Assembly: GCA_964106645.2 (NCBI GenBank)
Contig: OZ067052.1
Reading direction: 5' to 3' (one strand)
Length of the DNA: 64,000 bases
Origin: Podarcis pityusensis
Lineage: Eukaryota
Made by a program: the position numbers and the translations under genes. The notes beneath the pieces were generated by a model. That model was not told where the DNA came from. It saw only the letters and a list, made by a program, of their open reading frames with translations, and did not search any database. Of the stretch, positions 36,605-45,214 are shown piece by piece (the first letter of the stretch is position 1; each line of letters opens with the position of its first letter).

Positions 36605-39600
36605 GCATTGTTTAATGAGGTAAACTATATTATAGCCCGCATTAATTTGACTGCAGTGCACTCCACTAAATCATGCTTTAACCTGTAAATCTGCCATGGT
36701 TTCTGATGTGCACTTAATCAGGGAGGGCAAGCAAGAACTCTTTGTGGTGTTGGTGGGGGAATGGAAAGGTCATTCCGACCCTAGGTCTTCTGTCTCCATG
36801 GCAGCAGCCATGGCGAGAGGCTCACAGGCAATGTCAAGGGGGTTCTTTGCACCGAGCGCCACACTCCTTGTGACCCAGGAGCGTTCCTTCTCAAGAACTT
36901 TGAGTTTGTTGCATTGCAATTGAACAGAAAGTGAGTTTAGGGAAAAAATACATTAGAAGGAATGAGGCAGGGGATAAAGGGAGCAAGATGCAAAGTGAAA
37001 TCTTGTATCAAACCTGTTTAAAATACTCCTTTTTTAAAAAAAAATAAAATGCTTTTTATTGCAAAGGAAAACATCCCATGCTATTTTTCATTATCGTTAC
37101 ATATAACAATACAAATGTTTGAAAGATGCAGAAACGAACAACGGCTTGCTGTTTGATGTCCCAACTTAACAAAGAAAATGATGCAGAGCAGGTAAATGGT
37201 TGTTGCTGAGAGATAACAATGCTTCGAATAATAAGATCGTGATTCCACAGACGGACAATGGAGGGGTCAATAATAATTCCTGGACTGCAATCAGATCCAC
37301 ATAAAATCAAACTTTGCAAGTCATAAGTTTGTCTTCTGACATAAGTCACAAATGGTTACCATGTAGCTGCATAGACCGTCGGTTTGGCTTTACCCCTGGA
37401 AACTCATAAAGAATTAGTGAGTTTTCCAGATATTGCAATAAATAAGACCTTTTTAAACCAGGTATCAAAGGGGAAAGCCAAGATAGCCCTCCATTCCTGG
37501 GCAGTGTTTAGTCAAGCAGTGACAAGCAAATAAATTATAATGGGTTTACACATATTTTTATAGGCGAGAAAAAGAATAACACATGGGGAATATATATATA
37601 ACAACTGAAACTCGGTTGGACTGACACAGAGCCAGTTTATCATTATAATGAGTGATGGAGTCCAACCATCTCTCAAGGGCCATATGTCCCCCATCCTGTC
37701 ATAACAGGACTTAAGTTATTTTTGCCCTCAAGTTTGTCTATAAAAATGAAATACCATATTTTCTTCATCTTGCTGACCCTTCTTCTGGTGTGTCGTTTCT
37801 AGACTTGTACACAATATCTTGAAGTTCTTCTCCAAAAAGTACTTCACGGGGCTAAGTTAGTTCTAGGTGCAAAACTACAAGGTGTGATTGCATTAATTTC
37901 AGCAAAGAGTTGCTTCCTAAATCTGTTGAAGACATTACATTGCCACCATATGTGAAAGTATATTCCCATGCCTCTACAACTTTTCCAGTGTTTCAGAGCA
38001 ACATTATTGTAAATGCTGTTCTTGAAAGCATCGCTGGGGGGGGGGGAATGCACCTCTAATTTCAGTGGCATTAACTCTCGCTTTTGGATCCCAAGAGATT
38101 CAGTAATGTAGCGTTAACAGCTGAGAATGACCATCTTTGGGATGAAGCAAGGGTGATTGTTCTAATAATAGGGCTGTATATTTTGACTCAATTGTAGGGT
38201 GCCCCAGTGCAGCCACTAAGTCAGAGTTACAACCTCCAAGAGCTGTCTCCTCTTTTGTGCACCTGTTCCTTCCAATACCAAATATGTTTGTGCATATGCA
38301 TGCCCATTATCTGTGCCCAGAAACTACCAACTGCAAGTAGAAGGGAAAGATGTGGGAGCAATGATGTTGTAAGACAACACGGCTCAGCAGACTGGCTGGA
38401 GAAGCTCAATGGACCTGATTCCAATGTGTCTGTGGACCATTTACTGGGTGGGGAGCACAGGGAGGACTTATAAGGACAAGTTTATGAGCACAATCCTTTC
38501 TGAGTTTTCTGACTGGTGTTTTAAAAACTCAGCAGTTAGACAGAGTATTTAAATAGCTACGATGCCTAGATAATTCAGGCCACACAGCCTTTGAAGCAAG
38601 GGCTGTCTCTTTCATTTCCACGGTATGCCTTTGGGTGCAACAAGGAATTACTGTGACTTGGATTGCCTTGAGCTGTCGTGTTTTGGGGATAATTGCACGC
38701 CCCTACAAAGAGCCACAATTGAAGGAGGCATGTGCCTGGTGCCTTGAGCAAAAAGGAATGAAAAATTCCAACTCCCAAGCTTCTACCTATCTGCTCTGCT
38801 CAGGGACCCTTTGCTTGGAAACTGTGCTTGAGATGTTAATTTAGTCTCCAAAGTGGAATCTGCTGGAGTTTGCTGGGCTATGTTTTCTGGCATGAAGAAA
38901 GTTGTGTGTGTGCATGTGTGTTCATGAGTGTGTTTTGAGATGAGAGGGAGGGAGGAATGGGAGTAGCCTGGTCTTTCCATATTGTCATATTCTTTTTTAG
39001 CAATAAAGATGGCTGCAGGACAATAACCTTATTCCTTCTACAAAGACAGAAACCGCTGTACCTCTGACTGGCTTGCCCGCCTCTGAGGCAGCAAAGGAAG
39101 AGCCAGGGACAGAGTATCTGAGATTCAGGAGATCTCCACACAAATTAAAACCTTTTATCGGGCTCTAATAGATGTGCAAACTAATTATATTTTGGCCAAA
39201 CTTTGCCGGCGACTCCCCTGAGGTATTATTATAAAATTCCGAGCTGGAGAAGCGAAGCGCGTCCTCATTCTGTCAATGCTAGGATGCTTCAGCTGCAGAA
39301 AACTGTGCTCTGGCTCATTTTTGCATTCTGTGATGTGTGTATGTTTGTGTGTGAGTGAGTGCGCATTTCATAAGCTGTGGTGGTTGCATTTTGAAAGGCA
39401 TAGCTAACTTAAAAGGGACTGGAGTTTAATTGTAGTTGCATTTAATGGCTTGTCATTGGCTTGCTGTATGGATCATTTCAATCCAGCAATTTGCTGTGGT
39501 CTTAAGAACCTTAGATCGGGGGGTGGGATTCCCCCCACCCGGAGGATGCATTCTCTGAAGGGCAATCTGTATGGGGCTGCAGGCTGGTGGGTGGTGTTGC

Positions 39601-39710
39601 AGCCTGCTGTGAGTGGGGGCAGAAATAAAAATAGGAAGGATCATCTGCCTTTCCCTTCCTCTCTCTTTCTCTTTCTCTTTCTCTTTCTAACTCTGCTACC
39701 CCTCAGATCT

Positions 39711-39854
39711 GGGATAGCTAACTCAGTAGCAAATGAGACTCTTAATCTCAGGGTCACAGGTTTGAACCCCACATTGGGCAATAGATTCCTGCATTGTATG
39801 TGATTGGACTAGATGACCCTTGGGGTACCTTCCAATTCTACAGCTCTGTGACTC
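39711..39854 (+). mobile_element. tRNA-Lys(CTT)-derived SINE with CR1-like tail (Squam2-like)
   Basis: The head ...gagactcttaatctcagggtc...ggtttgaaccccacattgggc resembles tRNA-Lys. The tail ttggactagatgaccctt...ccttccaattctac is a CR1 3' end. Confidence 0.75.
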
Positions 39855-40281
39855 CTGTCTGTCCCTGACATCCCCTTATCTCTCTCTCACCCTCCTCTAT
39901 CTCCTTGACACCCCTTTCTCGCTCTCTCTCTCATTCGCTCTCTCTCATCCTTTCAGGGACAGCTCTATGTATTGCCAAAGGGGCGGTGGTACTTTAGAAT
40001 TCAGGTAGGCAGTCTATAACACCAAATCTGAAATTTAGCAGATTTTATTAAAGAACATAGGCCAATAATGCCATTCTCCTTTGTGTTGCCCGGAAAACTC
40101 CATCCATATGGCAACAGGTACAGAATCATGGCAACCAAGATGCAACCCTCACGCCAGCATTGGGTCAGCCTAATTACCTTATATGTTTTTTGTTATGTTG
40201 ATATAACTAACTAAGGCATTAACCACCTCTTTTGGTATTTGGGGTTCCCACCAGTGTAAAAGGCTACTTCATACTCTAGGG

Positions 40282-40419
40282 CAGCGGTTCTCAACCTGTG
40301 GGTCCCCAGATGTTGTTGGACTACAACTCCCATCATCCCTGAGCTCTGGCCTTGCTAGCCAGGGCTGATGGGAGTTGTAGTTCAACAACATCTGGGGACC
40401 CACAGGTTGAGAAAGGCTG
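40282..40419. mobile_element. 138-bp palindromic hAT MITE, copy 1
   Basis: About 60-bp near-perfect inverted arms. Perfect 8-bp TSD ctctaggg at 40274-40281 and 40420-40427. Confidence 0.92.
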
Positions 40420-40733
40420 CTCTAGGGGGTTACATCAGCAGCATCTTTGTTTGGACGACATGCTAGTTTCTCACCAAAGTGAAAGACTTCCTTTCTTCCT
40501 TTCCTCCCCTCCCCCACTTTTAATTTGTATACTATCTTTCTATATATACTATACAGAAGGCAATTTACAAGCAGGAAAATATATATACACACATTATAGA
40601 AATTTGATCCAATACAAAGACTCATAGAAACATAACTATAAAATAAACAATAAGGCAATATTCAATAACCCATTAGAATACAATAAAAAAATCCTTCCAG
40701 TAGCACCTTTAAGACCAACTAAGTTAGTTCTTG

Positions 40734-40771
40734 GTATGAGCTTTCGTGTGCAAGCACACTTCTTCAGATAC
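40734..40771 (-). ncRNA. Minimal type I hammerhead ribozyme (PLE pseudo-LTR, left arm)
   Basis: Exact reverse complement of 41713-41750. Confidence 0.75.
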
Positions 40772-40951
40772 ACTGAAACAGAAGTTGCCAGATCCTTCTA
40801 TATAGTGAGAAGGTGGGGAGGGGTATTACTCAGAAGGGTGGTGGGGATGGGAGATTGGCAGATAGCTGGGATGAGCCTGCTGACGACTCTTAACGACTGT
40901 AATGGGTCTTACAGGAAAAGGCAAGGGGTGAGAAGGTGAGAAATGGCTTAG

Positions 40952-41452
40952 TCATGTATAATGGGATAAGAATCCAATGTCTTTGTTCAAACCAGGTTTC
41001 TCCATGGTTTTAAGTTTGGTAATGAGTTGTAATTCAGCAGCTTCTCTTTCCAGTCTATTTCTGAAATTCCTTTGTAGTAAAACAGCTACTTTGAGATCTT
41101 GTATAGAATGTCCTGGGAGATTAAAGTGTTCTCCTACTGGTTTCTCTGTCTTGTGATTCTTGATGTCAGATTTGTGTCCGTTTATTCTTTGGCGTAAGGT
41201 TTGGCCTGTTTGTCCAATATAGAGAGCTGAAGGACACTGTTGGCATTTGATGCCATACACAATGTTAGATGATGAGCAATTGAATAGTCCCGAGATGGTA
41301 TGTGTGATGTTGTTGGGGCCAGTAATGGTGTTGTCCGGGTGTATGTGGCAGCAAAGTTGGCATCTGGGTTTATTGCAGGCTCTGGTGCCAGTGTCCGTGT
41401 TAAGTCTGGTTGTAGTATTATTGTGGGTTAGGAGTTGTTTAAGATTGGGTGG
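40952..41452 (-). pseudogene. 5'-truncated PLE ORF: Cys-rich linker plus GIY-YIG endonuclease (RT absent)
   Basis: Stop-free frame PPNLKQLL...CNKPRCQLCCHIH...FNCSSSNIVYGIKCQQCPSALYIGQTGQTLRQRINGHK...VGEHF...REAAELQLI...GLN. The GIY-YIG motif, Arg, Glu, Asn and the PLE-type CxxC/His residues are present. Confidence 0.9.
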
Positions 41453-41679
41453 TGTAACTCATTACCAAACTTAAAACCATGGAGAAACCTGGTTTGAACA
41501 AAGACATTGGATTCTTATCCCATTATACATGACTAAGCCATTTATCACCTTCTCACCCCTTGCCTTTTCCTGTAAGACCCATTACAGTCGTTAAGAGTCG
41601 TCAACAGGCTCATCCCAGCTATCTGCCAATCTCCCATCCCCACCACCCTTCTGAGTAATACCCCTCCCCACCTTCTCAC

Positions 41680-41712
41680 TATATAGAAGGATCTGGCAAC
41701 TTCTGTTTCAGT
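41680..41712 (+). promoter_or_regulatory. Candidate TATA plus initiator core promoter in the PLE pseudo-LTR (mirror copy 40772-40804 on the minus strand)
   Basis: TATATAG starts at 41680. The A of TCAGT is at 41710, 30 nt downstream, which is the canonical TATA-Inr spacing. Confidence 0.45.
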
Positions 41713-41750
41713 GTATCTGAAGAAGTGTGCTTGCACACGAAAGCTCATAC
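41713..41750 (+). ncRNA. Minimal type I hammerhead ribozyme (PLE pseudo-LTR, right arm)
   Basis: GTAT-CTGAAGA-A-GTGTG(CTTG)CACAC-GAAA-GCTC-ATAC. CUGANGA and GAAA cores, 4-bp stem I, 5-bp stem II and a palindromic AGCU stem III. Predicted cleavage after C41746. Confidence 0.75.
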
Positions 41751-42391
41751 CAAGAACTAACTTAGTTGGTCTTAAAGGTGCTACTGGAAGGATTTTTTTA
41801 TTTTGATTATGGCAGACCAACACGGCTACCTATCTGCCATTAGAATACAGTAACACACAATAAAATTAAATGCCAACAAATAATAATAATTAGACAGAAA
41901 TTCAGTACCAGCCATTACAATAAACAATTGTAAGGCTAAGTAATACTTGGCAGAAAGTTAACATGGATAGCCTTTAAGACTGGCCTGTACTTCCTAGAGC
42001 AGGTGTCAGCTGAAGCCTTCTCTTAAAGATAAAGATTCCCACACAGAGCCATCTCAGCCTAAGTAAGTGTGAGGAACTACCAGCTTATGGAATAAACAGA
42101 GTCAGCCACATATAGGCTCTCAGGTCCACAGGATTTCTTGGGCACATGAGGAGCAATTGCTGGATACTACCCCATTCTGCTCAAGGCAACCGCTCTTGGG
42201 AAGTAGCCGTGATGTACCGAATCGCTTGCTTCTTATATATATATATTTATATCCCTCCCTTCCCCCCTGAAGGAGACCATGGTGGCAAACACATTCATGA
42301 TGTTTTCTAATGCGTTTGAAAACACTTAACACATTTTGGAAACAGTTACAGTTTCCAGTTCAATGAAAAACTTTTTAAAAGCAGCTGCAGT

Positions 42392-42607
42392 TTGTTTCAC
42401 CTGTATCCCACCTTTCCTTCAAGTAGCTCAAGCTGATGTGCATGGTTCTCTCCTCCCCATTTTATCCTCAGGACAACCCTGTGAGGCAGGTTAGGCTGAG
42501 AGGCAGTGACTGGTCCGAGGTTGCGCTTCATGGCCGAGTTGGGGATTTGAACTCCGGTCTCCCAGGTCCTATTCTGACACTCTAACCACTACCCCACTTT
42601 GGCTCTC
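42392..42607 (-). mobile_element. Squam3-like SINE
   Basis: Full collinear match to 18776-19004, ending actctaaccactaccccactttggctc. Confidence 0.8.
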
Positions 42608-42889
42608 AGGCTATTTGCCCATCTGCCCTACCATTGTCTACTATGATTGACTCCATCTCTCTAAGGTTTCAGGCCCAAAGAGGCCTCCCCTCATCATCTG
42701 CCACTAGATCTTTCCAACTTTTTGGCTTTCTTTTCCTCTTTTACAACTGAGGTACACTAGGGCTGTCATCCCACATCCCATAGCAGAGAGCATTGTACAT
42801 TAATGCTCCCTGCTATATGTATTCATAGCACACTGGATAGAGGCAATTTGGTATTAGGGTTTTCCATTAAGTGGTCCAGTAGACAGATA

Positions 42890-43111
42890 ATGATTGATTG
42901 CATTTATATTTCACCTATTTCTCCAGGGAGCTCAAGGTGGTGTACATGGTTGTCTCCCTCATTTAATCCCTACAACAACCCTGTGAGGTAGTTTAGGCTG
43001 AGAGGCAGTGATTGAGCCACAGTCACCCAGTGACTTTTATGAACAAGTAGGGATTTGAATCCTGGTTTCCCAGGTCCTAGTCTAACACTCTAACTACTAC
43101 ACCATGCTAGC
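42890..43111 (-). mobile_element. Squam3-like SINE
   Basis: Full collinear match to the same family. Confidence 0.8.
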
Positions 43112-43704
43112 TGGTGGTATACAGCCAAAGAGCACCCGAACTATGCCCACCTTTCTGGTGGCAATGCAGATCATCCTCTAGTGAGGGCTGGGGGAGCCTG
43201 TTCCTTCAAGGTGTTGTTAAGATCCAGTGCTCATCAGCTGTGGCCACTGGCCAGGCTGGCTAACATAGATGAGAGCTGGAATCCAACAGCAGCAGCAAGG
43301 CAACAGTTTTCAATATTGTGAGTTATCCTCAGTGGGAGTTGTAGTTTGGCATAGGGAGCCACCTCTGACATATATACATATATGTACCAGACATGGTGTC
43401 AGTGACTTTTTCCACTGCTGGCCTGATACCATATTCTCCTTTGGAACACCCCCCCCCCCAGCAATAGGGCTCATACATTTATGCCAGAGTAGTGCTTGAA
43501 ATATCTATTTGATAAACTAATAAGAGGAAATACTGGTAAAAGGTTGGGTGAAAATTCAATTATGTACTAATTTTGAAAGACGGGGTAGATAGAGGATGGG
43601 ATCAGCTGTGCAAATACATCCATATATCAAATGCATTCAGAATTTCTGTTTCGGCCCTTTCTTTATTCCTTGAATGGGTGGACTTCACAGATAGAAACAT
43701 AATT

Positions 43705-43705
<1 letters not shown>

Positions 43706-43746
<41 letters not shown>
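43706..43746. repeat. (AG)n microsatellite
   Basis: About 20 perfect units. Other microsatellites: (CA)n 17134-17162, (GAT)n 27027-27050, (TATC/TACC)n 44646-44720 and (TATAT)n 47228-47260. Confidence 0.95.
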
Positions 43747-43749
<3 letters not shown>

Positions 43750-44775
43750 ACTCAATGGTGCTAGAATGAAATCCTATTTAATTCAGGGTTAAACATTCAA
43801 GGACAAAATGCCATTTATGTCAGTGGTAACCAGAGGTGCTGCCCTCCACATATTGTGGGGCCCCAACTCCCACCTGCCTCGGTCAACATGGCCAATGGTC
43901 AGGGATGGTGAGTTGTGAGGGCACTATGTTGGATACCCCTGATTTGTGCAGTTGATTTTCCTCCTAAATACATTTATTTTAGCAGGAAGGCTAAAGAGAA
44001 TATTCAACAGGGATGCTGGGAAGGGGGGCAGACAGCTATATCCAATTATTAAATTGCCGGTCTGAGCCCAAGATCTATATCCAATTATTGGTCTTTTGAT
44101 TAAGCATTCAGTTCTAATTTTACAGTTTTCTCCTTTCCATCTCTATCTGTCTCTACTTGTTTGTGGGTCGGGAAAAGCATATACATTTTAAAAAATAATA
44201 AATAGTTTTGTTGCATACCTAGGCTCAAGCTCGCAGGTGTGAGAGTTCTGAGTTCCTAGAGAGAAGCATCGGTGAGCAAGCGTACCCCTTACCAGAGGGC
44301 CTTGCGTTTCATTTTCCTCCTTGCCATCTGGCATCCCGTCTCATGGGTGCCCGCGATTGGCTTCCCAGATACTGGCATCCTTTCCAATTGTCACTAATTA
44401 CATTGCAGGTCGGTAAATCATTGCGGGCGAGGGAGTGACAGAAGAAATGGGAAGGACCCCTGCCATGCTGTGGAGGGACAGCCTGGTGCTTGGAACAATT
44501 TGTCAACTCCTCGGGCTGCAGGCTGTTTTGAGCTCGCTGACTGTCACACTGTCACTGTTTGGCGCACCAACCCTGGGTGCAGGCATGCAAAGCAGATGTG
44601 GCAAATTCACAGCACTAGCCACTAAGGCAACGGGGGGCTATCGATATCTATCTATCATCTATCATCTACCTACCTACCTATCAGCTATCTATCAATATTG
44701 ATATCGATATATATCTATATCAAGAGGTCCTAGGCAAATTCTAGGTTGCTGCCTGTTCATGATCACACTGTACAT

Positions 44776-45214
44776 CAGGGGTCAGCAAACTTTGTCAGCA
44801 AGGGGCCAGTCCACTGTCCCTCAGACTTTGTGGGGGGCCAGAAAAAAATGGTGCAAGACAACACAAGCCCCCGTGGCTGCTTACCTGTGTCTTGCGAGTG
44901 GCAGGGGTTGGTGGCGGCGGTGGCAGGACGATGAGTGGTGTGCAAAAGGGTTCTGGAGAGGGGCTGCGTAAAATAGTAGCCGCTCAAGCACTGCTGCTGC
45001 TGGCACCAACAAAGCCCAGCCCCCTTCCTCCTCTAGGCAGGGCAGGGAGAAGGCAGGAGGAGGGAGGGAGGAGGCGCTGGCGCCGCCGTGTGAGGGAGAG
45101 GGAGGGAGAAGGAAAGAACACACGTGCTGGTGATTCATGCGGAGATTCCCGGACCATCCGTGGGCCAGATCCAGAAGGCAATTGGGCCTGCAGGCCTTAG
45201 TTTGCCTACCCATA
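44776..45214. mobile_element. hAT (Charlie/Buster-like) MITE with GC-rich core
   Basis: TIRs caggggtcagcaaact and agtttgcctacccata. Perfect 8-bp TSD ctgtacat at 44768-44775 and 45215-45222. Confidence 0.9.

Larger units (their letters stand above)
40683..41836 (-). mobile_element. Penelope-like retroelement (Neptune-like), 5'-truncated, with inverted pseudo-LTR
   Basis: 13-bp TSD ccattagaataca at 40670-40682 and 41837-41849. Inverted repeats at 40682-41028 and 41456-41802. A 34-bp tail (41803-41836) is present on the right arm only. GIY-YIG ORF between the arms. Confidence 0.95.

Noticed and set aside
39711-39781. tRNA-Lys(CTT)-like sequence
   Set aside because: The D-arm and acceptor stem are degraded and it is fused to a CR1-like tail, so it is a SINE head rather than a tRNA gene.
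40736-40939. Identical peptides from ORFs 40736-40939 (+) and 41545-41823 (-)
   Set aside because: A by-product of the inverted pseudo-LTR, read antisense to the element's 3' region. No coding features.
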